A DNA stretch of 64,000 nucleotides from a virus (lineage: Duplodnaviria; Heunggongvirae; Uroviricota; Caudoviricetes). The position numbers and the translations under genes were made by a program. The DNA lies in the IMG/VR virus record IMGVR_UViG_3300028805_000065, positions 74,988 through 138,987 of that record; one strand, 5' to 3'. The notes below the pieces were generated by a model that had not been told where the DNA came from, did no database searches, and was given only the letters and a program-made list of their open reading frames with translations. Below, one piece after another: positions 20,495 through 30,750 of this stretch. Each line of letters starts with the position of its first letter. Positions within the stretch are counted from its first letter, which is position 1.

Positions 20495-20701
20495 TTATTC
20501 AGCAACACTCTCCTCAGTATCTTCGGTGTCCTCAGTGTTTTTAAAATCGTACACCTTTTCTGAATCTACCTTAAAACGAATAGCACCGATAATTTCAGCA
20601 CACTCACGGGGAACAATTTCACTATCACAAGAATCGTAGTACTCAATCATCTCCCTAATAACTTTTACCTCTTCGTCAGAAAAATAAATCATATAACTCA
20701 C
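20495..20701 (-). CDS. small acidic hypothetical protein (68 aa)
   Basis: ORF with ATGA overlap to the upstream gene. Confidence 0.4.
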   Translation of the reverse strand: MSYMIYFSDEEVKVIREMIEYYDSCDSEIVPRECAEIIGAIRFKVDSEKVYDFKNTEDTEDTEESVAE

Positions 20702-21060
20702 TCCTTTTCTTTGTTTGCATACTGTCTTGTAAGTTCATCATATAAATCGGATATAGTCCCGAGTGGTATATCATGACCGTCATCATCTGTTACAACACCA
20801 TGTACCCAATCCTCACCACAATCTAACTCATACACCCAATAATCAATAAGCGGATACTCAGAATCATCTTTAAATATTCTGTTAAGCAGCAGAAGAGTCG
20901 TATCAATAGTCGGTGTGTTTCTAAAATATTCACCATCAACTCCAACACCTCTAACCGCATCATAGATTTTGTCCTGAAATCTAATTTCATTTACAATGCC
21001 AGTCATAACCTTGTTAAATTCATCATAGGATAAAATATTCATCATTCTTTTACACCTCAC
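20698..21060 (-). CDS. hypothetical protein (120 aa)
   Basis: ORF translationally coupled to its neighbours. Confidence 0.4.
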   Translation of the reverse strand: MRCKRMMNILSYDEFNKVMTGIVNEIRFQDKIYDAVRGVGVDGEYFRNTPTIDTTLLLLNRIFKDDSEYPLIDYWVYELDCGEDWVHGVVTDDDGHDIPLGTISDLYDELTRQYANKEKE

Positions 21061-21361
21061 TCAGTAATATAAAAATCAAACAAACCATCTCTCATATCTA
21101 GTCTTCTGAGTTCGCATCCCCAAAAAATTGTTTTATCAACCGTTTCCAGAAATGTGATCTCATTGCCAAAGAGTTTCTTCATCCAGTTATAGGTGTTCGC
21201 CGATACGCCAATTATCGGGAAGTCACCGTGTTTGTCATGCGTGTCATCTCTGATGTCAAGGATCTTGTCAACAAAGTTGTCCTTAAAATCATCGGTGTTA
21301 ACCATCGAACCGGGCAGATTAATATTCTGTGCAAAAGAATTAACAAGTACCATAAGTTTCA
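21057..21361 (-). CDS. hypothetical protein (101 aa)
   Basis: Start moved to the ATG preceded by AGAGGAG (MKLMVLV...); the upstream in-frame extension lacks an RBS. Confidence 0.4.
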
Positions 21362-21394
21362 TTTTTCTCCTCTCTGTGTTTGGGTTAATCAATA

Positions 21395-21417
21395 CTCTCT
21401 ATATATTACTTCTGATT
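21395..21417 (-). promoter_or_regulatory. conserved 23-bp motif CTCTATATATTACTTCTGATTTT (copy 2), candidate late promoter
   Basis: Matches 17597-17619 at 22/23 positions; sits at the head of a leftward operon. Confidence 0.4.
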
Positions 21418-21446
21418 TTTGTTTTGAATTTTTATACGAAATGTGT

Positions 21447-21800
21447 TTAGACTGGTTTTACACATTGATTTGTTTTTGTGTCCCAGACAAGATATGGTTT
21501 TGGAATAGGCATCCATGCAATTACTGGGCATTCATCCTTCACAACAATTTCAAAACCGCTAAGAGTAACATCGATTACAATCCACTTTTCACCATCCCAT
21601 CCAAATATATCTACCAACTCAACACCAGTTGGCGGCATGTATCGTGGATCTATAGAAACTAAATACCAACCTATATCATTTGGCAGTCTATCATTTACAG
21701 AAGTCCATACACCACAAAAACGATATTCTTCCATTTTTTTTATTATCTCCTTTATGCTTTTACCAATAACAGAACCAAATGAAATATTATCCATTCTCAA
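21447..21800 (-). CDS. DUF551-like protein (117 aa)
   Basis: C-terminal 'VIAWMPIPKPY' plus 'NDRLP' motifs shared with plus-strand paralogs at 59077, 59427, 59771 and 49819. Confidence 0.5.
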   Translation of the reverse strand: MRMDNISFGSVIGKSIKEIIKKMEEYRFCGVWTSVNDRLPNDIGWYLVSIDPRYMPPTGVELVDIFGWDGEKWIVIDVTLSGFEIVVKDECPVIAWMPIPKPYLVWDTKTNQCVKPV

Positions 21801-22147
21801 TCCTCGTATTTTGTAATACTAAACAATGTGTTATTTTTATCTCCATAATCTCTAACCGTCGTAAAATGCAAATCAAAATCTGCATGTTTTGAAGTTACCA
21901 CCCTATGGATCGAGCCATCACCTAATTCAAAATTAGCGTAATCAGTAGATACTTCTATCGCACTATTTGGCGTTGCAACCACCTTTGAAGTAACCGTCAT
22001 GTCGCCCATTTTCAACTTAAGATAAAACGGTTCTAAACTGTTGATATCTATACAAGACATATCAAAATAACTAGTACCACAATAAGGGCACTTATTTAAT
22101 GTTGTATCATAAGGAGCAGCACAATTAGGGCAATTTCTCGTTCCCAT
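21797..22147 (-). CDS. zinc-ribbon protein (about 116 aa)
   Basis: 'NCPNCAAPYD...KCPYCGTSY' double CxxC; start trimmed to the ATG just downstream of the radical-SAM gene stop. Confidence 0.4.
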   Translation of the reverse strand: MGTRNCPNCAAPYDTTLNKCPYCGTSYFDMSCIDINSLEPFYLKLKMGDMTVTSKVVATPNSAIEVSTDYANFELGDGSIHRVVTSKHADFDLHFTTVRDYGDKNNTLFSITKYED

Positions 22148-23054
22148 CTTTTTCAACTTCTTTCCTAATAATTTCAAACATCTCGTCAATAGTCTTGTCC
22201 CCAATAGGATATGTAATAGGGGACAGACTACTTCTAGCGAATACACCTTTAACAAGATCAATGAAAAATGTCACAGTACCATCATCTCCACCATAAAACG
22301 TTTCCCACTCTTTATCGCTAAGTCTGTCTCTGATATGTAACTGTTCAATTGCAAGATTGTCAAAACTCACAACTCTAAACCCATCAACAACAGTTTCAAT
22401 TTTATTTGCAAGTCCAGAAACATTGGTTATGATTGACAAACAGTTGCCAAGTTTACTGAAATATTCTTCGCCTCTACCAATTTGTTTGTACCCTAAAATA
22501 AGAAGTTTTAAACCACGCCCCATTAAATATCTAATGTCTTCTAATGGTGTAATTCCAGCAATAACATGAATAACAGTGTTTGGGTATTGCTTAACCATAT
22601 CAATAAAATCTCTTTGAGTTGGGTCTGTTAATGAAATACCAACACCTTTAATCAAATCATCAGAAATCGCTTCACGTAGAAATTTTCTAATATCGCTTCT
22701 CATAAAATGATTCTGGTTAACAGTAACGTTGACAATAACCTTTCTGCTATGCATCTCCCATAAAAAAGAAAAAATATCATCCGGGATTGGACACTGAAGA
22801 TTAATAGCGATCTCCGTGTATGGATGCATGGTTTCAAAAAACTTCCAACCAGTTAGTTTCCCGTGTTTGCCAGTAGGAGAGCACCCATAATAGCACCATT
22901 TGCAACCATTGTCACAACATTGAGAAATCTGGATATCACATGATTCGCTGAACTCAAATTTAAAGTCATCGTCCATTGTGAAATGTTCTTTTGTACCATC
23001 TTCATAAAGAGTCGTATATGTATTGCCGTTCTTATATATCGCTATTTTTTTCAT
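22125..23054 (-). CDS. radical SAM-family protein (309 aa)
   Basis: 'CDNGCKWC' is a canonical CxxxCxxC 4Fe-4S/SAM motif near the N-terminus, followed by G-rich SAM-binding-like segments. Confidence 0.5.
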   Translation of the reverse strand: MKKIAIYKNGNTYTTLYEDGTKEHFTMDDDFKFEFSESCDIQISQCCDNGCKWCYYGCSPTGKHGKLTGWKFFETMHPYTEIAINLQCPIPDDIFSFLWEMHSRKVIVNVTVNQNHFMRSDIRKFLREAISDDLIKGVGISLTDPTQRDFIDMVKQYPNTVIHVIAGITPLEDIRYLMGRGLKLLILGYKQIGRGEEYFSKLGNCLSIITNVSGLANKIETVVDGFRVVSFDNLAIEQLHIRDRLSDKEWETFYGGDDGTVTFFIDLVKGVFARSSLSPITYPIGDKTIDEMFEIIRKEVEKDGNEKLP

Positions 23055-23063
23055 TATTGCCCC

Positions 23064-23378
23064 TTATCCGTTATAACCATAAATAGAAACAGCAACTATC
23101 TCATCACCATGCTCGGTTGTATATTCTGTAGTTTCTATCTCATAATAATCTCCACATGGATTTTCCCAATATTCATCTGAATATATTTTATATTCTTCAC
23201 TTTCATTTTTATTAACCCATGTATCATTCACCCAATCCCATGCCCAATCAGGATCATTCCATTTCCTGTTCAAATCTTTATATTCTTCTTTAGTCATAAT
23301 AGTAAGAGTATTCGTACTACTGCTATTAGTTTCCCATACACTTGTTCTAATCTGTTTTTTCATCTTCGCTCTCTTCAT
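23064..23378 (-). CDS. hypothetical protein (104 aa), paralog of the N-terminus of the next gene
   Basis: Shares the N-terminal signature 'K.QIR.SVWE(T/S)NSSS' with ORF 23347-24183. Confidence 0.4.
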   Translation of the reverse strand: MKRAKMKKQIRTSVWETNSSSTNTLTIMTKEEYKDLNRKWNDPDWAWDWVNDTWVNKNESEEYKIYSDEYWENPCGDYYEIETTEYTTEHGDEIVAVSIYGYNG

Positions 23379-24183
23379 AAAGAAAATAATCGAAACTTCC
23401 TCGTTTCGGGAATCTTAATACAATAGAATCCTCATTGATTAACCCACATTCAATAAGACTAGAAAGTTCACAATATTCGTCACCATCAATTACAACAACA
23501 ATGTCTTTTCGTACAAGATAATCCTCTAATGACAAATTATTATCTTTTAGAAATCTTTTAAGTAATCCCAATGATTGATGATCTATCGTACCAAACTTAG
23601 GCACATCAAACCAAGCCTCCTCAATTGGTCTACCGTCTATGTCTACATTTTTATACATACCTCTAACCAAATCATCTTCAGATAAATCTTTCCGTTCATC
23701 TTTATCTACATAAATAAGTTTCTGATAAGGCACTTCCTCAACTTCATCAAAATATTCTGTATTACCATCTGAATAAATTTCAAAAGGTTTATCATCCCAT
23801 CTGTCCCATTCAATATCGTCACATCCAATAAGACGAATGAGCAAAGGTCTAAACATCTCATCAAATGTTTTTTCACTTTTAACATAAGATTCAATACTGT
23901 AATTATTTCCACAATATTCAGCAACGGCATAAGCAAGTTTATCTGTAAATGTCACAAGAACATTGAAAGGAGAGCGCCCAAACTCATTATCCCAAGGGTC
24001 AATCTTTACAATTTCCTTTTCGTCATTCTTATGGCGGTCTTTATACCAATCTTCATCAAGATAAAACTCATGGCGAATTTCTTCCTGTGTCATTCTGATA
24101 TTTGAATTTTTCTTTGTAACCACCAAGCTATGCATCGAGGAGGAGTTGGATTCCCATACTGATTTTCTAATTTGATACTTCAT
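23347..24183 (-). CDS. hypothetical protein (278 aa) with a conserved 'IRKSVWESNSSSMHS' N-terminus
   Basis: ORF; N-terminal paralogy with 23064-23378. Confidence 0.45.
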   Translation of the reverse strand: MKYQIRKSVWESNSSSMHSLVVTKKNSNIRMTQEEIRHEFYLDEDWYKDRHKNDEKEIVKIDPWDNEFGRSPFNVLVTFTDKLAYAVAEYCGNNYSIESYVKSEKTFDEMFRPLLIRLIGCDDIEWDRWDDKPFEIYSDGNTEYFDEVEEVPYQKLIYVDKDERKDLSEDDLVRGMYKNVDIDGRPIEEAWFDVPKFGTIDHQSLGLLKRFLKDNNLSLEDYLVRKDIVVVIDGDEYCELSSLIECGLINEDSIVLRFPKRGSFDYFLYEESEDEKTD

Positions 24184-24976
24184 CGTTTATTATCTCCTTA
24201 TTACTATTGTTGAAAGAGTATTCTCCGTAATATTTTTCTTCTGCTTGTTTTCTTGCGTTAATTGCATCATCTAATTTTATATAATTACCTAAAAATACTT
24301 GTTTACCATTAACTCTAATGTAAGCAGTATATCTATTTGTTCTCTTATTGAAAGACACCCCTGTACATCCACTTGTATTGTTTTTAGATATGTTTCTATT
24401 GCAACAATTTCTAGCTTGTGTGGTAATTCTTAAGTTTTCTTTTCTATTATCATTTTGTGAATTAGCTCTGATATGGTCTACGACTACATTCGGATTATCC
24501 AATACCCCCATTATTAATCTATGCATACAAATATCTTTACCATTATATAAACCACGCAAATAGCGCCTATTTTCTAATTTCCCACCAAAATGCCAATCAG
24601 TATCTTTTATTAAATCATAATCTTCCTTATCAAAATAAAATGAGTCACCATTACTTGTGTATCCAACGCCGTAATCAAAAGATTCTAAATCATATTTATT
24701 ATGTTTTATACAAATTCCCTTTTTAGACGCTCCTAGTTTTTGACTAACTTCTTTGTGTAGACAACCACATGACTTAACTCGCCCACTAGTTAATGATGCT
24801 CCTCTTACAATTTTCTTATTTCCACAATCGCATTGACATAACCATCTTGTCTTATGTTTGCCCGATTTCTTATCTATTTCATCGTCTGCTCTTTCCAAAA
24901 CAACAAGTCGTTCAAATCTTTGTCCAATTAGATTTGAGCAATGTTTGTTACTTGATAACTTAACATCTTCTTTCAT
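24167..24976 (-). CDS. HNH homing endonuclease with a C-terminal AP2 DNA-binding domain (269 aa)
   Basis: N-terminal 'GQRFERLVVLE' box, HNH core 'VVVDHIRANSQNDNRKENLRITTQARN', AP2-like 'SGCTGVSFNKRTNRYTAYIRVNGKQVFLGNYIKLDDAINARKQAEEKYYG'. Confidence 0.65.
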   Translation of the reverse strand: MKEDVKLSSNKHCSNLIGQRFERLVVLERADDEIDKKSGKHKTRWLCQCDCGNKKIVRGASLTSGRVKSCGCLHKEVSQKLGASKKGICIKHNKYDLESFDYGVGYTSNGDSFYFDKEDYDLIKDTDWHFGGKLENRRYLRGLYNGKDICMHRLIMGVLDNPNVVVDHIRANSQNDNRKENLRITTQARNCCNRNISKNNTSGCTGVSFNKRTNRYTAYIRVNGKQVFLGNYIKLDDAINARKQAEEKYYGEYSFNNSNKEIINDEVSN

Positions 24977-25016
24977 TTATCACCATTATTTCCTCCATTT
25001 TGATACTTCATATTTT

Positions 25017-25352
25017 TTACCTCGTTAATAATTCAATAGTTTTTGATACTGGAGACACATGCCAACCAACTAAGTCAACAATCGCATAAGGAATAAAGAT
25101 AATAGCGCAAACACCAATAGTCAAAACCACAATAAATAAAATAATAGATTTCCAGCTATCCCATATATCATCAAACCAACCTTTCTTACATCTAACTACA
25201 GTAGCAAGACTCGTTAAGATTAAAATACAAATACAACCCCAAACCACAAGAGTAATTTTATCCATTGTTGTATAATATCTACAAAGTTCATCTACCAAAT
25301 AGTTTGCCGTTACGCCAAATTTTTCACACAACTTATTAATTATTTCATCCAT
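25017..25352 (-). CDS. small two-helix membrane protein (111 aa)
   Basis: Two long hydrophobic segments (VVWGCICILILTSLATVV; ILFIVVLTIGVCAIIFIPYAIV). Confidence 0.45.
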   Translation of the reverse strand: MDEIINKLCEKFGVTANYLVDELCRYYTTMDKITLVVWGCICILILTSLATVVRCKKGWFDDIWDSWKSIILFIVVLTIGVCAIIFIPYAIVDLVGWHVSPVSKTIELLTR

Positions 25353-25364
25353 ACTTATCTCCCT

Positions 25365-25775
25365 TTAAGAAATAGAAATCGCATCCGCAATCGATAATAA
25401 TTCATCCAATGCATTGGCAGTACTACCGTCATCAAACTCATCAAATGACATCTTATCAATCTCACCATTCATAAACTTCTCGATTTGTTCTCTGTTATTT
25501 TGCGTGTTGTCAAGGCGTATACATGAATCTACTTTATTGTCTGTAATCTCTATATAAATAATTTGTTCTTTGCTTTTAATATTCCCAAACTGTTCAGATT
25601 TAGCGATTACAAAAACCCCATGAATAGCACCCCTTGAACCAGACACAAGAACTGTGCATTCAGTCTCTGGATAGAAGAGTTCATAAAAGAACCCCGTCAT
25701 GTCATAAATTTCGTAAGGACAATAACATCTGTTTTCAAGATAATCGTTCATATCAGCAATTTCCTGTAACTTCAT
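25365..25775 (-). CDS. hypothetical protein (136 aa)
   Basis: ORF with RBS. Confidence 0.4.
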   Translation of the reverse strand: MKLQEIADMNDYLENRCYCPYEIYDMTGFFYELFYPETECTVLVSGSRGAIHGVFVIAKSEQFGNIKSKEQIIYIEITDNKVDSCIRLDNTQNNREQIEKFMNGEIDKMSFDEFDDGSTANALDELLSIADAISIS

Positions 25776-25994
25776 TTAATTCCACCCCTTTTTTAAAACA
25801 TAACTTTCAATTTCTTCTGAAAATTCAACTGGAAACTCTTTATTAATTGTTATAGTTGGCGCTTCATTTTCATAAAACATAATTTCAACACTAAGACTTT
25901 TGTCGTATTTTGTACCGCCAATAATATCTTCTGCGTTTGCTTTAATATCTTCACACGCCTGCTTTAGCAATAACACTTTTAATTCTTTGTTCAT
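25776..25994 (-). CDS. hypothetical protein (72 aa)
   Basis: ORF adjacent to and translationally coupled with its neighbours. Confidence 0.35.
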   Translation of the reverse strand: MNKELKVLLLKQACEDIKANAEDIIGGTKYDKSLSVEIMFYENEAPTITINKEFPVEFSEEIESYVLKKGWN

Positions 25995-26269
25995 ACCTCT
26001 TTAGCCTCTTTAATTCCTTTGTATTCCAAACAATCTGTATCAAGTAAAACTACATTTGGTAGTTTAATTGTTATTAGTCCGCTAAGTTGAGAAAGTGTTT
26101 TTAGTTTCTCAATTGATGGATAACATTTTGGATCTATAGTCAAACAACTTATCGTTATAGCACCATTTATTATCCGCTCCAACGTAATGGCGGTGTCTAA
26201 ATCAAAATCAATAGTTATTTCATTTACATATTCTATTCTGCTCATATGTCCAACCTTTCGTTGTAACAA
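25991..26269 (-). CDS. hypothetical protein (92 aa)
   Basis: ORF with ATGA overlap. Confidence 0.35.
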   Translation of the reverse strand: MLQRKVGHMSRIEYVNEITIDFDLDTAITLERIINGAITISCLTIDPKCYPSIEKLKTLSQLSGLITIKLPNVVLLDTDCLEYKGIKEAKEV

Positions 26270-26487
26270 TCCACAGCATCATCTAAGATATTAAAATTCC
26301 AATAAAGAATTCCGCCTTTCACTGATTCAGAAACTGTATAACGCAATTCTTCTTTTTCATAATCTATTTCAGAATACAATCTGACGATTCTATGTTGAGA
26401 GGTGTCTTTATCATAAAGTGTTTTACTTGCCATTTCTATTGTTGGATGCCAGTCATAAAAATCTTCTACAAATATTTTATTAGTCAT
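26242..26487 (-). CDS. hypothetical protein (81 aa)
   Basis: ORF; start overlaps the stop of a 50-aa upstream micro-ORF (26486-26639). Confidence 0.35.
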   Translation of the reverse strand: MTNKIFVEDFYDWHPTIEMASKTLYDKDTSQHRIVRLYSEIDYEKEELRYTVSESVKGGILYWNFNILDDAVDCYNERLDI

Positions 26488-26646
26488 TCATCGAACTCCA
26501 AAAACACATGCTTAGAATCAGTGCCATACATAGCCACAGTCTTTAATTCATAATCAGAACTAAAATCTTTTTCCTCTCGTACAACAATCGCATCTGGATT
26601 AAAACCCTTAAGCACATCAATTAATTCATTAACAGTCATTCTGTTT

Positions 26647-26862
26647 TCACCCCTCATCTTTCTCTTCTAAAAATTCTTCTAACTTTTGTTTCATCTCTCT
26701 CAACTTCTTATTCGACTGGTACAATCTGTTGTCCCGACACCAGTCACACGACCCATGACAACGGCAGGATTTATCAATCCTCTTACTGCCCGTATAAGGA
26801 TGTTTGACAGTCTTGTTATGAAGTTTCCAGTTATACTTTTTTGATTTCATTGTTTCACCCAT
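26647..26862 (-). CDS. small Cys/His-rich protein (71 aa), 'SCRCHGSCDWC'
   Basis: ORF with a probable zinc-binding cluster and basic residues. Confidence 0.4.
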   Translation of the reverse strand: MGETMKSKKYNWKLHNKTVKHPYTGSKRIDKSCRCHGSCDWCRDNRLYQSNKKLREMKQKLEEFLEEKDEG

Positions 26863-26915
26863 AATTTACTTCTCAAAAGAAAAGTAAAATTTACAAAATT
26901 CCTTTAAAAGAAAAA

Positions 26916-28166
26916 TCAGTCATCGCATGAATTTTTCTCAATCCAGTTTTCAAGCAACTCCCTCATCCTTTTAGAGGGTATGTATAATGTTATCGGTTCG
27001 TCATTTCTTATTGCCGATCTCCAGATGCACTGAATCATTTCCGATAAAGCAAACAGATCCTCGTTTGGTTCAATTCCTTTACTCCTAAAGAACTGCATTA
27101 TGTTTGTGTTGACGAATCTGTTGACGACATATGCCACAACATTTCTGTCCGCATAATTATTTGATGCTCTTGTGTTTGGTACGATATAACCACTTGAATA
27201 TCCCTTGCCACTCAACCTTTCTTTCGATTGCTTGAATGCCGCCCACAAACATTTAGACGACTTAGCTTTGGTGATGTTCTGAAAATAATTGTGTAAATTA
27301 CTTTTGACCTTTTCTATACCACTCTTATTTGATTCTCTGCCGTACCAGCTATATGAAAGACTGTAGTTGTCGTCGCCAATGGCGTTCATCTTATCGTTAT
27401 GAATAATATTGATAAGTTTCCTATAGTTTTTCTTTGTCTTATTCTCTTTTGATTTGTCGGCGGTAAGGGTAAAATCCGATGTATTGTTCCCAGTAATATA
27501 AAGGTTGGTATAATTCAAGCCAAAGTATTTGAAATAACACGACATGAAAGATCCCTCAAACAAATACGTCAAAACATAAAGTTCTTTAAAACACGTCAAA
27601 ATCTTTAAAGGAAAAATCCGTATCATAACACCGCCGTTGTAATATGCAAGTTCGCCGTTATCGGCTAATTCTTTTTGTGGCGTAAAAACACCCCAGTACT
27701 TATCATCTCTCCATTTAATAAGCCCGGAGTTTTCATCAACATCTACATAGGCTTTTAGCAGTGCGGCTGTGTCGTAAGTATTAAGTCCGTCTTCTCCGTC
27801 AAACTCATAAGAGTTCGCACAGTCTATAGTCTCATCGATGAAGCATATGTACCCAAACGACTTTATCAACTCGATCTCGGCATCAGTAAATTTCGCAAAC
27901 AGTTGATGTGTCGTGACGATGTTCTTTCCCTCTTCCAGTAAAGAATGAAGTCCATTCAGTTTTCTGCCCTCTTTGTAAAAAGGTTTCATAACACTCTTTG
28001 TGCTACATGAATCTTTTATTCTGTCTACCTCAGACAAATAGGGGGCTACATACATAAAGCGCACTGAGTCTGGTAATGAGTTAATGTAGTTAATGGCACT
28101 GGTTGTTTTGCCACTACCCATGACCGAATCAACAACATAGTATTTGCAATCAGTTACTTCATCCAA
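26916..28166 (-). CDS. P-loop NTPase (416 aa), possible helicase- or replication-associated ATPase
   Basis: Walker A 'VMGSGKTTSA' at residue 16 and Walker B 'ICFIDE'; first gene leftward of the origin-like control region. Confidence 0.5.
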   Translation of the reverse strand: MDEVTDCKYYVVDSVMGSGKTTSAINYINSLPDSVRFMYVAPYLSEVDRIKDSCSTKSVMKPFYKEGRKLNGLHSLLEEGKNIVTTHQLFAKFTDAEIELIKSFGYICFIDETIDCANSYEFDGEDGLNTYDTAALLKAYVDVDENSGLIKWRDDKYWGVFTPQKELADNGELAYYNGGVMIRIFPLKILTCFKELYVLTYLFEGSFMSCYFKYFGLNYTNLYITGNNTSDFTLTADKSKENKTKKNYRKLINIIHNDKMNAIGDDNYSLSYSWYGRESNKSGIEKVKSNLHNYFQNITKAKSSKCLWAAFKQSKERLSGKGYSSGYIVPNTRASNNYADRNVVAYVVNRFVNTNIMQFFRSKGIEPNEDLFALSEMIQCIWRSAIRNDEPITLYIPSKRMRELLENWIEKNSCDD

Positions 28167-28439
28167 AAAATTCCCCCTTTCGTAGTCTTGTTAAAAGTTA
28201 CTTCCGAAAAGGTTATAAAAAAAATCGTAAAAATCAGATATCCACTGCCGTAGGCAGTACCCATAGCACCTTGCTTTTAATCATTCATTTCAAAAAAAGT
28301 ACCACTTCGGTTCAAAAAAGTACTTTTTTTACAAAAAAAGCCTTTATTTATGGGCTTAATCGGGTGTGGGTCTAGTAAATATAAATAGAGAAAGAAAAAT
28401 CATAATGTTTAAGACATAAAAAAAGACTCACAACGTGAA

Positions 28440-28990
28440 GTTGTTCGTCTTCGCTAAAAGTTATTAAAGCCAGTAAGAGAAAAATCTTAATCGTAGATAG
28501 ATCGACAAAGGCAGAGGGTATAGATGACGTGTAGGCTGAGACATGAAAACGTAAATGTATCGACAACCTTGCCAGTAAAAGAAAAAGTGTAGGTTGCGAC
28601 TTGAGACCTGAATGTTACTCATACACTGTAGGATATCGATAACTTCCATGTTGAGAGGTTAAATTTTGGCTAACGCCATTTAAATTAAGGAGAGTCCATA
28701 ACAAATTGTGACCTAGAGTTCTCAGCCAATAAAATAAAAAACGACGTAAGTCGTAATTTTAAAAAAGTAAGAACACCCAGCCACTAATATAAGATGACGT
28801 GAGTCATCATTTTAATTTAGTAAGAGAGGCTGGTGGCAAACTGACAACAGGCAGGGTATCGATAACATTTATGTCAGAGAGAATCTGTAGGACTGTGTAT
28901 CTTTTTCTTTACAGGCTAACAGCATGACTGCCTTTACTTTATCGACACACTGAAGTTCAGTCGATACATGTTGGCTGTGATAATTAAATT
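28440..28990. repeat. iteron-like repeat field, TATCGA(C/T)AAC x5 or more, plus TGTAGG x4
   Basis: Copies at 28500, 28558, 28633, 28857, 28939 and inverted at 28960; one mismatch from the DnaA-box TTATCCACA; palindromes GATGACGTGAGTCATC and ACGACGTAAGTCGT nearby. Confidence 0.5.
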
Positions 28991-29639
28991 AAGGCTTACG
29001 CCTTTTTTCTTTAAAGGCTGAGAGTGGGAGAGTGGTTTTATTATAGACGTAGTGGGTGGGGCAGTAGTAGTGGACTACAACCACGGATATATTTTGTTAA
29101 AATCTTAACGATTTATTGTAAAAACTTAAAGTTTTGTTTAATTTTTCCTGTAAAAGTTTGTAGTTTAGTCTACGTTTTGCCAGTAAAAGTAAAAGTTTTT
29201 GTATTGTTTACAGGGTATTTGTTGGTAAAATCCGCAGTAAATTGCTGGTATTTTGGGGTAAAACTTGCAAAAACTGCGCAAAAAGCAGGGTATTTTAATG
29301 GTTTGTTTCAAGCTGTTTTATTGCGGTATTCACTGGGGATTTTGTTGAAGATCTGGAAGTATCGGGTTTTGGAGCGTTTTATAGGGAGAGTAGAGATGGG
29401 TGGGAGAGTAGTGGAGTGATGAAAATATGAGGGGTCGGAGAAGTGGTGTCGTTGGCGCCGGGGGCGGATCAGCGGACGCTTCATCGTTGTAAAGCGCCCC
29501 AGTGCTAAAGTCCTATTACCTACGGGTTTACCGGGTTTTACGCTTCCATCAAAAGCGTAAAATCGAACAGACGTTTGTTCCTGAGCCGGACGCCCCCTTC
29601 TGTGCTACTTCGTATAGCACAGCTATCACAAGTCGGTGG

Positions 29640-29990
29640 CGTTATAGTCAGATTGACTATTATGAGTAGTATTCGAAACTACATTGTACACAATTAAATG
29701 ATACTCGATTAAATCATCCTCAATATAACATCACACAATCAAATAAAACAAAATTAAATGATACACAATTCAATATCGTCAAATCAAATAGCGCATAAAC
29801 GAATTGAACGCAATTTAACATATACAAAATTAAATGACATGCGACTGAATAGCGCACTAATCAATTGAACACAATATAATTGACGCTTTAATCAATTTAG
29901 CGCAATTAGATTTAATGCAATATAATTGATCACCTGTAAATGATGTGCAATGTATTAATCATTACTACGTCACGTAGTATCAAAAACTAT
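29640..29990. repeat. AT-rich direct-repeat block (AATTAAATGA x3; AATAGCGCA...AATTGAAC(G/A)CAAT x2)
   Basis: Read directly from the sequence; no ORF; candidate DNA-unwinding element or origin. Confidence 0.45.
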
Positions 29991-30682
29991 GTTCAAATTA
30001 TCGCAACATAACGCAATAGAGTAGTAGTATTTGTAACAGTTTCGTAACATATAGGCGTTTTGCTCTTCGTCAAGTTGCACAAGATGCCGACTCCGAGCCA
30101 GTGACTGATCACCGCTTAAAGCCTCAAAAACCCTTTATTTAAAGGCTTTACAGCTCCTGGTTATGTTGCACAATAAAATGTCGAGTTATCGCCTCGGATG
30201 CTTAATAAAACCGTAAAGAGTGTCGAAAACATGTACAATTAGCGTTTACAGGCTCAAATTGTCAGACAATATCGTAAATTGTCAGATGCAAAATTTGGGG
30301 GGTTTCAGAGTCGCTAGGGTACACTTGTAAGGGTAAAAAAACCGACAGACGCATTTCAAACGATTTCGGTCGTTTTGCACAATAAAACGCCCGATTTTAA
30401 CGAAATAGCGTTCGTTTAAAGGCTTTTTCTGTCCAAAATATCGTAAAATGTTGTGCAAAATGCCAGTGAACGAATGTACGAAAAACGAAAAAACGTACAC
30501 GTTTATCCAAAAATCGTTTAAAAATTGCAAAAAATGGCGTTTTTTGAGGGCATCCGAACACGTCAAAACAGGCAGTTAGTACCACCTAATAAAATTGTGT
30601 TAAAATTTATATTATTGTGCCTGAAATAGACACAATTTAAAATAGAGCTGCTGACTTGATAAAATTTACACCTACCGGGTCA

Positions 30683-30750
30683 GTAGGCAATTTAATACAG
30701 TAAAGCGCTAAAACCTGGTCGAGCAGTAGGCAATTTAATACACTAAAGTA
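30683..30750. repeat. direct repeat CAGTAGGCAATTTAATACA(G/C)TAAAG x2
   Basis: Two copies 39 bp apart, immediately upstream of the 17-bp tandem array. Confidence 0.45.

Noticed and set aside
28372-30585. Several 60-130 aa ORFs inside the control region (28372-28566, 28464-28649, 29024-29419, 30282-30566, 30397-30585)
   Set aside because: No Shine-Dalgarno sequences. Composition driven by strand-skewed repeats. They overlap iterons and AT-rich repeats, so I treated them as non-coding.
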